From contig JAAOMT010000703.1 of assembly GCA_016748015.1 (NCBI GenBank), forward strand, positions 553,170 to 617,169: 64,000 nt of DNA, written 5' to 3'. This stretch comes from Geosiphon pyriformis uo1 (lineage: Eukaryota > Fungi > Glomeromycota). Made by a program: the position numbers and the translations under genes. Positions 52,881 to 64,000 of the stretch are shown here, piece by piece (position 1 is the first letter of the stretch; every line of letters starts with the position of its first letter). The notes beneath the pieces are model-generated. The model searched no databases. It was not told the origin of the DNA and was given only the letters and a program-made list of their open reading frames with translations.

Positions 52881-55800
52881 GTGGTCTGGTATAGAAGATT
52901 CCTACATGTAATGTTCGTGGGTTGAACAATTCTGCGAAGCAAGATGATGTCATTCATTGGCACAGAGATATGAACAATTTGGTTTTAATTGTTACTGAAA
53001 CAAAGTTAAAAGATAGAGTTTAGCCTTGGATTGCTAATAAATTCAATGGTGTTTGGGTCTTCGTTTCTGGTTTGGATTCTGGTTACCTTGGTTCTGGTGT
53101 GGTGATCATTATGAACAACACTCTAGTGAAACATGTATATAAAGTTGTTGAGGTTCCTGGACGACTTTTGTCTGTCAAGTTGCTTTTCAGAAATAAGCTC
53201 TCAGTGTCAATTCTGAGTTTGTATGCAGGTGCTTCAATGTTCATGCACTTCTCACAAGCAGATAAGATAAACTCTTTGATTGCTAAAGCTGTTAATGAGT
53301 CATTTTTCATGATATTGGATGGCGATTTCAATGAAGATGGCTCTCACAAGTGTGCTAGTTTCAGGAAATGTTTTGATTTGGGTTTGGTCAATGCCTTGGG
53401 AGGGAGTTTGTTTGGGAGGAATGCGACTTGGACCAATTCTTGAGGGGTGGCCAAGGTTATTGATTACATATTCGTGTCATTGAGCTTGGTCAATGCTATC
53501 TTAGATCGAAGTGTAACTGGGGTTGATGAATATTTCAATACTAATCATAGGGCTGTTGCTGTTTCCATGGGTCTGGGTGGTCTTTTGGACATTAATTTGA
53601 TGTCTCTTTGCAAGCAGGCAAATAAGGATCAGTGGAAGTTCAATTTTAAGGATGCTACGGCTGCCAAATAGACTGCATTCAAGGAATCTTCTGCTGCCAC
53701 CGCAGTGATGTTTAAGTGTGAGTTTGATGCTGCTCTATTGTTTCTGGATCTGGATGCTATGTGGGATGTTGTCTGCAAAATTGTGTGCTTATCAGCAAGT
53801 GATATTTTCAAAAAAAAATGGTTCAAGAGTTATGATAATGTGTTTACTAAGGAATCTTCTAAGTTTTACAAGCTAGAACTTTTGGTGTCTAAACTAATTA
53901 AGGCATCACGTTTGGTTTCTTCTAAGGAATTTGTTGCACTACTGAGTACATGGAATTCATTAGACACTACAAATGCTTTTGTGGTAGAGTCTCTTTTTCT
54001 TTCGGGGTTGTATTTTGAGATCATAAGATCTGTTTTGTTCAGAGTCAAGAAGTTGTATCATTCCTCTAAATTGTCCGAGTCAAAGTGTGCTGAAGAATCT
54101 TTTATCAGATCAGCAGTTAGTAGGAGGATGGAAAGTTTTGAGGTGGATAAGGGTCATACAATTAGGAGTGTGCTAGAGTGTCCCTTTCACAAGGTGGTAT
54201 TGGATTATTTGGTTGTCAATGATGAACTGGTTTTGGATCCTAGTTTGGTTAAATCTAAGGTGGATATTATCATGAAAGGCTGGACCAGAAAATGCAAGTT
54301 GGTTGCTGATGTCTCTGCTGATTGGTGTCACCAGTACTAACCCTTGGAATACGTATTTGATGAGGCATTTTTGAGAATAATAGACCCTATTAGTTCTGTT
54401 GAGTTGCTTGGTGTTGTGTTGGACTTGCCTAATAATAAAGCTGCTGGTTTGTCTGGTATTTTGAATGAGCTTTGGAAGCATTGTGACGAATTGGTTTTGG
54501 ATATGTTGTTGGTGCTTTTGAACTCTTGTTTGCTCTGTGAGTTAGTTCCTGGTCCTTGGAGGGAAGCTTGAGTGTCTATGATCCCCAAACCTTATGAGTG
54601 GGAGGGAGTTCTTATGAACACTCAACCCATTGCTTTGATTGAAACTGCTCATAAGATCCTTTCAAAGATCCTCTCAGACAGAATTTCTTTGGCATGCAGT
54701 ACTCACAATGTTCTCTACGGGAACAATTTTTCTGTTTTAAAGAGCACGACAACACAGTCTCCTATCTTTGCTGTCGGCTCTGTGGTTGAGGATGCTCTGG
54801 AAAAGAACCATGAGCTTTGGCTGGTATTGCAGGACATGAAGAAGGCCTATGATTTTGTTGGCTGGGAGCATTTGAAAAGGAGTCTAATTAGGATTAAGAT
54901 ATGTGACAGATTCATTCGATTTTTTGGTGGCATTCACAATAATTGAGTCAACCGAGTAATGACTGACTTTGGCTTAACTGATGGTTATTAAGTCCATGAT
55001 AGTCTTGATCAAGGGAAAGTGTTCTCACCTCTTCTCTGGCATATATTTTATGATTCTCTTTTGTGTGAAGTCAAGAGGCAAGAAGAATTTTGTGGATATA
55101 GGTTGAATTCTCATTTTATTACTAAGACTGGCCGTGTTAAATCTCAAGCTGGTTTTTCTTTTTTCTTTGCAGCTGGTGCTTTTGTGGATAATACAATTTG
55201 GGTCAGCTGCAGTCAGGCTGCAACACAGCACATTCTCAATGTTGTTAGTAAATTTTTTAGAATTAATGATATTTCAATTAACAATGACAAAATGGTGGCA
55301 ATTCCCATTAACTGTAGGGTTGTGAGTCCCTTTCTGACAATCAGTGGTTTACCAATTTCTATTGCCAAGAAAGGGGAACCTCACTGGTATTTGGGCATCT
55401 TTCTGTTTACAAATAGTTTGTCAAAGCCCAGTTTGGCCAAGGCGCATTCGGATGTCCAGTTTTTCACCAATCTTGTTCTAAAAAAGGCCATCTCTGATAA
55501 ACAGTTCTTGTATTTGGTTTTGGCGGTTCTTCAACTTATCATCAGTTATAGAACGCAGTTTAGTTTTGTTCCACTTAGTGTTTACTGTAAATGAGACACT
55601 CTAATTCATAAAGGCTTCAAATCTAAGGTGGGTCTTCCTTTGGACTTTCCCAATGATGCTCTTCATCATCCATCTCTTTATGGCTTAAAAACTTTTGAGC
55701 AGATTCAGGCTGAGAGTAAGTTGGCATCTGTAGTGTGTTTTGCCAATGCTGTTGAAATCCTGGGTTGGTTGTTTTTCCATAGGTTTCATGACTTACAGAC

Positions 55801-57566
55801 TTTGAGCTGGCACCCTGTGCATCCTTTGGTCTCCTCAGTTCATTTAAAATTAAATCCCTCGAACAATTTTCTGGTGGGTGTGGTTTGTATTTTTGCTGAC
55901 TGCAGCTTATTCTTTAGTAGTCCTGGCCCCAGTGTATTCCGATTCTCCCATGGAACTCCCATGTCTTTGGTTCTTGGGAAGGTGAAATTTTCTAGATGTT
56001 TCTCTTTACTTCAGCAGTATAGAATTGCCTTTGTAGAACAATTGCATCAATGCAATGGTGGTGTTTTTGACTGGAAGACTTTTAAGTGTTGGAAAAGGCT
56101 GGATTCGCGTGGCCCCATTCCTGATTGGTTTGGTGTCTCTGTTGGTTATCTTGGTGGTGCGGAGTTATCTTTTTCTGTTTATGGCTGTTCAGTGAGCATT
56201 TTTTCTGCTCCTAGTGTCTTGGAATCCACTGATTTTGATTTGGTTCATAATCGTTTATTGGGATTGGGTGCTGATAGCCTTTTGGTCTATACTGATGGAT
56301 CCTTGGCTGGTTTGGGCACTCTCAGTGTTAAATCGGGTGCGGCGGTTTTCTTTGATGATATTAATATAAGTTTAGGTGTTAAGGTCTTGGGTTTGTTGTC
56401 ATCTACTTTGGCGGAATTGCAAGCTATTGCACTTGCTCTTGAGTGTATTCCTGCAGTTAGCAAAGTTAGCTTATTTTCAGATAGTCAGGCCATGTTGGAT
56501 GCTTGCAAGTCGGAATTGGGTTTTGTGCATCTGGATTTTTGGAATAGTTGTTGGGTGGAGCACCATCATATTGCTGGTCTTGTTCGTGCTAAGAGGTTGG
56601 ATGTCAGCTGGTGTAAGGTTAAAGGACATTCTGATGTTGTAAGTAATGACCAGGCTGATAATCTGGCTGGCCATACGGCTCTTTCTGATTTTGTTCTTCT
56701 CCTTGGCTGGATGAGCAGTTTATTCTGGCTGGTGGTAGTCCAGTTTCGGGTAATTCTAGACATTTTGTGCATGACATTTATCAGTCCATTCATCGTTTGC
56801 ATTGGGGTTTCAGTTCGGGTAATAGGGTTGTCACTGGCAAATTGCTTACAGATATTGATTGGCGCAGGTCCTCTTCTGTTTGGCATCCCGATTCACACAT
56901 GGCTGCTGGCTTCACCAGTATTCAGACCGCTGGCTTGTGTACGTATTTTATAAAAGCTCTGCATCATAGACTGCCTATGGCTGTTTACAAACACCTTTAT
57001 AATAGAAGTTACCCTAGTGTGGTTTGCTTGTTTTGTGGAAGTGTGGAGGTCTTGGACCATGTTTTTTCTTGTGATTCTGACTTTGCTAATCGTGATCAGC
57101 TGCTTGGTGATTTTGCGGTTAAATGGGAAGACATTTTTGGCCTTCATGGCTCTTCTTTTCGCATGCTGCAAACTCTTTCTTCGTGTATTCTTGACATCTC
57201 GGTCTGTGTTGCTTTATGCAAAGGCTTTGTTTTTAATGATTGGTTTTTTGAGGCGGTTTCTGTTTTTGGTGACCTGAAACTTGCTGGTGTGAAAATTGTG
57301 GACTTTGTTCATGATTTTTGCCTAGCTTTTAGAGATGAGGTTTGGTTGGTCCATGTCAAACATTGTGCCTTTATGGAGAAGCATGGGTTAATTCCTTAAG
57401 ATGGTTCTGTGCCAGTTTCTATTTCTGGTCTGTCTTCCCTGTATTCGGCTGGGGTTGTCAGATTGTTGGGTATTGATGATGCATTTAGTATTAGGTTTGG
57501 TTTGCACAAATTTAGTTTGTTCGTTTCAGACACTTTAGATGCGGTTTCTGTTTATATAGATGCATA
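52877..57566 (+). pseudogene. LINE 2 ORF2: APE-RT-RNaseH-zinc finger
   Basis: CNVRGLN, GDFN, IDYIF; QDMKKAYD, AFVDN; YTDGS, AELQAI, FSDSQ, VKGH; CLFCG..DHVFSC; one frameshift at ~56700. Confidence 0.92.
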
Positions 57567-57726
57567 GTGTTGTTTTGATTGGCCTGAGTGGCTAGTTACG
57601 TGTAGAAAGTGCATGATTCATGCCTAATTTAGATCAATTATTTGATGTATAGTTTTAGATTGTGTTTGAACTTCACTCAATAAACGTAAAAAAAAAAAAA
57701 AAATAAATCGCAAAATTAAAAAATAT

Positions 57727-58592
57727 TGTTACAGGTAATTATTTGAGATATTAGAACAAATAACAAATTTGTAACTTGGTACTTAATAACTGGTAATATT
57801 GGTAATTTCTGAAGATTTTAAAGTCTAAAGATTTTGGTTGAGTTTTTTGTATAATAGACAAAAATTTAATTGATGATTTCTTCTATGAATTTTTTTTAGT
57901 ATAGTGGTTGGTTTATTCTGGCAGTTGTGCTCTTTTGGTAAGCTATTCTTAAGTTTTCTATTCTTGTTCTTAGGTTTTTTACCAGACTATTTTTGATGTT
58001 AATAACTCAATGCTTAATTTTTTTAATTAATTAGTAAACAGCAAAGAAATAAAACAAAATAAAATAAAAGAAAATAAAAAATTAGTATTCTGTCAATAGC
58101 CATAATTAAGAACTATTGGTTTAATGTAATTAAATATTAAATTTTATTAACATAAAGTGTTGATAGAGTGGAATGGATTAATATTTTTTTAATTAAGTGA
58201 TAATAATATGAATTGGATAATAATAGATAATTTTATTAATATGAGAATGATTTTATTTTAAGTTATAAAAAACTATCTTTTAAAAGGAGAGATATTATTG
58301 TTCTAAACTGAATTGAATTCTATTTATTCTATTTTTTCTGCTTTTAATATTTTCACTATATATATATAATTTATGTTATATAAGATTCCTTAAATTTTTT
58401 TAATTTTTTTAAAAAAAATTCTGGAATTCTGGAATTTTGGAATTCTACAATTTCTTGAAAATAATTCTGTAATTTAGAATTCTGGAATCTTACAATTTCT
58501 TAAAAAAAATTCTGGAATTTCTTTTTTTACTATGCCTATTTTTGATTGGCTATTTTACTTATTATTCTAATTTCTAATTTCTATAAGTAACA
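57727..58592 (-). repeat. Solo LTR G (A family), TSD ATAT/GTAT
   Basis: TGTTAC..GTAACA; collinear with 7019-7863, including the GGAATTCT array; no internal sequence. Confidence 0.85.
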
Positions 58593-58759
58593 GTATATTT
58601 AATAAAAATTTCCAATTACATTTGCAAACAAAAGCAAAAACAGGATACAAATATCAGTTAATATATCTAAAACAATACAACTACCAAACTAAAAGAAACT
58701 CAGAATTATTTTTCTATTATGTTTTTATCTTATTATATACTAAAAAGTATTATTAACAT

Positions 58760-61700
58760 TGTTACTTGAAGAAAAAAAGCCTATTAAAAAAGAAAAAAAA
58801 ACGTGACCTAAAAAAAAACATGACAGAATGTGAAAAGACACAGAATAGTGCACAATAATGTTAGATAATATATTATAATATAGGATAATATGTTATAATA
58901 TGGGATAATATGTTATAATGCAGGATAATACAGAATAATATCAAATAATATATTATAATATAGAATAATTAGTTATAACATAAGAAAATGAAGTAATAGC
59001 TAGCAAGAACAGACAATCTAAAGCAATCCTATAAAACTAGAAAATACATATATATAGCAGTAGCATTAAAAGCAGAAAAGACAGAATCTCCAGACAGAAA
59101 TTCATTAGTTACTGTTCTCTAGTTAGAAACCATATTATTCTAAAATATTAATAAATATACTTATTTAGCATCTCAAATTCAATTATTTGCTATCAACTCT
59201 AAATGTTGATAGTAATTGATACTTAAAATACACAAGAACAATAGCCTTTGATTATAGCTATTGACAGGATACTAATTTACATTGTCTTGGCTTATTGTCT
59301 TTATTTTTTTCTTATTTCTTTATTTTTGCTTTATTTTGTTGTGTATACTAATTGATTAAGGATTAAGCACTAAGTATTGATATTAAGAATTGCCTGGTAA
59401 AAGACCCTTGCAAGTGGGTAGAACACATAAGAATTATGGATTGCTTACCAAAAAATTGCCAACCACCATGCTAAAAAAGAAATTGACAGAATTGCAATTC
59501 TAGGAAGCTATAGATAAAATAACATAGGAATCTCTGTTTATTATACAAAGAACTCCAATTAAAACCTTCAGATCAAAACACCTTCAGACATTACTAATAT
59601 TATCAATTAAGCACCAAGTTATGGGTTTGTTATTTGCTTTAAGATCCCAAATAATCACTTGTAACATTTAGTGTTCCTTGTGAGATATAATTCTACAGAG
59701 AACCAGCACCAATACACAACCATCCAAAAGTGGCAAAACCAGAAAGAATAGAAACAAACCATTTAGGATTCACCAAATCTTTATTTCAACACTACTGTCA
59801 ACACTTGGAATTAACCAACAATCACTTATCAGCAGAATTAGCCTTCAATTTCTATGTTAATAAAAAAATCTTATATTTACTAGGAGTACCAATAGAAACT
59901 GATTTAACCAGAAGAAATTTCTACAACAAATTAATACAAAATACCAGCCTACCAGTAAATTATAATTTCACAGCAATTTTTACTGAAATCAATAAAAAAA
60001 TTAAAATTCACACTCAACAAAGATATCCAATTACCTATACAAACAAAGGCAAAGAAAAACTACAAATATCAACAGTAACACTTCAAAAAATACAACCACC
60101 TACTTGAAAAAAAACAAGACTTGAATCACCAACAAATCCATCATATTACTATACATCCAGAAGTGCTATCAACATTTCATCAATAGACATGTCCACATCA
60201 AATGCAAAAACCCCATTGGCACAAATACTCTTTCAAAATAAACAATCAAAAACTGATCTATTAGGAACCTACAGTGAATATTTTGAGGGATTTAAATTGC
60301 AATTACCAATGCCATCAGGATTATGATCACCACTATCTCTACCAGATTTTGGAATTGCAAGTTCTTGGAAAGTAATAAAATCAGAGAAAGAGGAAGATGA
60401 CAATTAGAAATTCAATTACAAAAACCTGATTATTGAAAACCCCAAAATCAAAACCATAAACATTTAAACTCAACAAAACCTGATTTTAGAAAATCCAGAA
60501 ATTGAAGCTTTAAATCTTCAAACTCCACAAAATCAAAATGATCCAAACCCTGACATTAATAATCAACAAAACTTATTTTCAGTAATTGTTATCTACTTAC
60601 CACTAGTTGTCACACAACAACAGCAACCAAACTTGGATTTAATGGCCTATGTTTCAATAGCAAAACTCAAAAAGTTCACAGGCAAAGAAGACAATACCCA
60701 GGTGTGGCTAAACAATGTTGAAAAAGGCATCATGACCAACAGATGAAATAATGCCAGAGCCATGCAAGCCATTCCATATTTCCTCCAGAATACTGTTGAC
60801 TTGTGATATCAAAGTCTGGGTAACAAACTTCAGGATTTTAATGCATTCAAGCTTGCATTCCTGCAATATTTCAGCAATAATAACAGCATCAACTACTTAG
60901 CCAACATTTTTACTATTATTAAGCAAAGAGAAACTGAAGCAGTCACTACTTACTTGGGACACTTCTATAGCAATCTGTGTCAAATCCAGGCAATACAGAT
61001 TGATTATTTCACAGTGCCACAAATTCTAAACCAATTTATTAGAGGCCTGTACAGTAACATCCTCCAATGTGTACATTTTTTGCATCCAACAGACTTTTAA
61101 GCCACTATTACAAATGCCAGAGATTTTAAAACAGCTGAACTCAAAGCCAACCATACCCAAGCTGTAAATCTAATGATGAATGGATTATCTGAATTGGATT
61201 CCAAATTGAAACAATTTAGTAATTCAATTAATCAAAAACTAGAAGGATACTTAGCTAACAATTGAGCAATTTATTAGTCTCCACAATGATGTGATAATTC
61301 AGGAAACACAAATTGTTTCCAAAATCAGTCACATCTCTCATCATCATCATTTAATCAGTCATGGCAGCAAAAGATGCATAGTTCCTATAATTGTAGTAAA
61401 CAAGATCACATCAGAGCTAGCTGCTGAGTTTATAGCAATAATCCATGATCGAAGAATCAAAATCAAAACTCTGATTGCAGATTTCAAACTTTAAATCACT
61501 ACTCAAATCAAGATTACTATCAACCACACTACACTCAAATAGCACAGCAACCAATTTACCAAACCCCAGTTTATTAAATCTCAGCACTATTATCTATCAG
61601 CTATAGCCGCAAGTGATATATCAGCCACAACAAATTCAAACTCTGCCATACAATCCAACTCAGACATTATCCGAAAACCAAAAACTGAGAATCATTCAGC

Positions 61701-63070
61701 AAAACTGGAGATCAACAATAGTTGTACATCAACCAATCTTCAGTTCATCCAACCATGCCATAGGATCATGTCTCAGAAATTCAGAAAACAGATACAACCA
61801 AAATTAGAGTTCCCAGAACTATCTGAGTCTCCTAGTTATCCCAGAAGACAATTCATCCAGTAAGATCTTAGAAATAAAGAACAATTCCCCTGAACCAGTT
61901 AAAGTTGTTTTTATTCCCAATTCCAACACCTTTTTAGATATTAAGACAGGCCCAAAGAAATTTTATGAACACTACCAAAATTTAGCATCCACTCAAAAGA
62001 AACAAGAACAGTGCTTGGAAAAAATAAACACCCAATTATGTGACCACTATTTAATCCCATGTGACTTTTAGTATTGTAATGAGTATGACCTTATCTATAA
62101 TCCACCATCATACAGAATCTACACAATTCTGGAAGAAAAAGAACCAATTAACAGCTGCACATCAAAATTGGATTCAACTTTCAATCCTGATTCAAACTCC
62201 AATAACAATGACAACAATGGTTTCAGTTCTATTTAAAATGACAACTGCAATAACAACGACAATTTAAACTCAGATTCAGACTCCAAACAATACATTACGC
62301 TTCCTGATCTCTTCAAGGAACAGGAACTCAGATGGTTTAGTAACAATGATAAAGATATTATGCCAGAACACACACATAATACTGATGCAGGATTTGATCT
62401 GAGATATCCAGAAAAAGATGTCATTAAATTGGAATCACATTTAAACACTTGTATTAATTTCAAAGTAGCACTGGAAATTTCTGCAACAACAATAGTTCAA
62501 TTAGCATTTAGAAATGACTTAGCAAAAAAAGGAATCAGCATCAAAGGAGGAATAATTGACACTGAATATAGAGGAAATATTATTGCTATGCTACAAAATG
62601 ACTCAGAAAAAGCCTATATTATAGAGCCAAACAAAAAGATAGCACAGACAATATTTCTGTCTTTGATTAAAGTAGCTCAATTAATATTAGTAGAAAACAG
62701 AGAAGAATTAAAAATTACAGTTAGAGGAATACAAGGATTCGGATCAATGGGTAGAATAGATGTACCAGTTAATATGGCAGAAGAAAAGGTTATTAACAAG
62801 AGAAAAATTATATCTACTTATCAATTAATTTCCATTCTGCCATAAAACCAGTACATATTAATCATAAAAAGAAAAGTGAAAGATCAGGCACAAATTTTTA
62901 AAGCAGAACCAATTATTTGCAAATCAGGAGAAATTGGACTTACCAATTTCTACATATCAGCCAAAAACAAAAACCATATTAAAATTCCCATCTACAATGC
63001 AACAGGAAATATTATAGAAATACCAAAAGAAACCATCATCAGATATTTAAGCACTGAAGTTGAAGAACAG
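58760..63070 (+). mobile_element. A-related LTR element D: LTR 58760-59666, PBS ~59669-59685, gag, internal deletion, dUTPase; interrupted by F
   Basis: Gag is collinear with A; dUTPase at ~62360-62752 (DAGFDL, GGIIDTEYRG, KIAQ, RGIQGFGSMG). Confidence 0.88.
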
Positions 63071-64000
63071 TGTTATGGTTTAAGAATTTAGCAAAAAGAA
63101 TCATAAAAATAATACAAACTATTCAATCATAATATAGCACAGTAATAATCTTAGAAAGATAATGATTAACATAGTAGCAAACACTATCTCGCAATAGTGG
63201 CAAGCACCAGTTCAGGTTGAAATATCAAAAAGAAAGTATTTTTTCATAGAACTACAAACATGTATATATACAGTAGTTTTAATATTGGGAAATAATCAAT
63301 CAAGTAATAAAAATCATAACTTATCAAGCAACAGATCCAATTTTATCCAACAAACTCCACTTTAAATCATACTTTCAAATTAAATATCCCAAGAAACCTT
63401 TAAAAATCAAAAAGAAATAAAAAAGAATATTTAAAACGGAACTATCACAACTCAAAGTATTAAGAAACTTACTTGTATTATTTATTGAATGAAACTATCA
63501 TTTATTAACTGAATCTCTTGGAAGAATAATCCTTGATCAAGATTATTCACGTTGTTATTAATTGATAAAAGCTTTATTGTGAGAATTAGAAAAGCACTAA
63601 AGACCATTAACATTCTGTGTTTCTAGATTAGAGAAACACATCAGGCAATTGCAAGGATAGCCTCAGAGAAGACCCCAGACAGTGGGTAGATTTCAGTTCA
63701 GTCTCTGAAAAGGAGTACATAAACACACACAACAATCAAGAATTAAAGAATAACTTACATTGCAACAGTAAAAAAAAAGCCTTCAGTGTAACAGTGACAT
63801 TATCACACAAATAGAATTGAGGAACTCACAAAAGACTGATTGCAATTAAAGTGGGATATCAGCAATTAAATATAACAAGAAAACCATCCTGTAACATTTG
63901 GTGAACCCTACGAGGAAAGAAAATCAAAAAGGAAATAATAATTAGCAATAATTCATTGCTAAAAAGGAAAAGACAAAAGTGGCAACAAAAACCCCTAATC
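63071..64000 (+). mobile_element. 5' LTR (63071-63896) and PBS (TGGTGAACCCTACGAGG, 63899-63915) of another LTR family F
   Basis: TGTTA..GTAACA, then TT-TGG; abruptly interrupts the D reading frame. Confidence 0.8.

Larger units (their letters stand above)
50935..57699 (+). mobile_element. Full-length LINE 2 with poly(A) tail and 17-bp TSD AAAATAAAT[T/C]GCAAAAT (50918-34 / 57700-16)
   Basis: 5' UTR, ORF1, ORF2, AATAAA followed by A-tail, TSD. Confidence 0.95.
49686..58759 (+). mobile_element. Old A-family LTR element E in pieces: LTR 49686-50597, PBS ~50600-50616, gag 50663-50934 + 57717-57726 + 58597-58759
   Basis: Joining the pieces gives IITKINRKIKKY..KFPITFANKSK, matching A/D gag FTEINKKIKIHTQQRYPITYTNKGK. 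Confidence 0.78.

Noticed and set aside
57577-57625. tRNA/SINE-like A-box (TGGCCTGAGTGG)
   Set aside because: No proper B-box or cloverleaf; treated as a LINE 3' hairpin.

Overview
AT-rich eukaryotic DNA, almost certainly fungal. The short GT-AG introns and the transposon families suggest an early-diverging fungus such as Glomeromycotina, but this is inference. About 90% of the window is nested, point-mutated retrotransposons: Ty3/Gypsy LTR elements (called A, B, B', C, D, E, F and solo LTR G) and RNase-H-bearing LINEs. One ~5 kb host gene island (40.1-45.3 kb) holds a CHORD-CS co-chaperone, a 2OG-Fe(II) oxygenase and an Oca6/Siw14-family phosphatase-like gene. The most interesting signal is an unusual LTR-element design, repeated across distinct families. 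(1) One long Gag-PR-[Cys-rich domain]-[dUTPase]-RT-RNaseH frame ends in a stop. (2) A separate, AUG-initiated GIN/Ginger-like integrase ORF follows, always in the +1 phase. (3) A non-env accessory ORF3 runs through the PPT. (4) Gag apparently starts at a conserved GUG codon, followed in element B by an ~810-nt AUG desert. (5) Termini are TGTTA..TAACA with 4-bp TSDs. The repeats decay almost entirely by C>T/G>A transitions (methylation- or RIP-like), while host genes keep their CpGs. All alignments were done by eye; no database searches were run.
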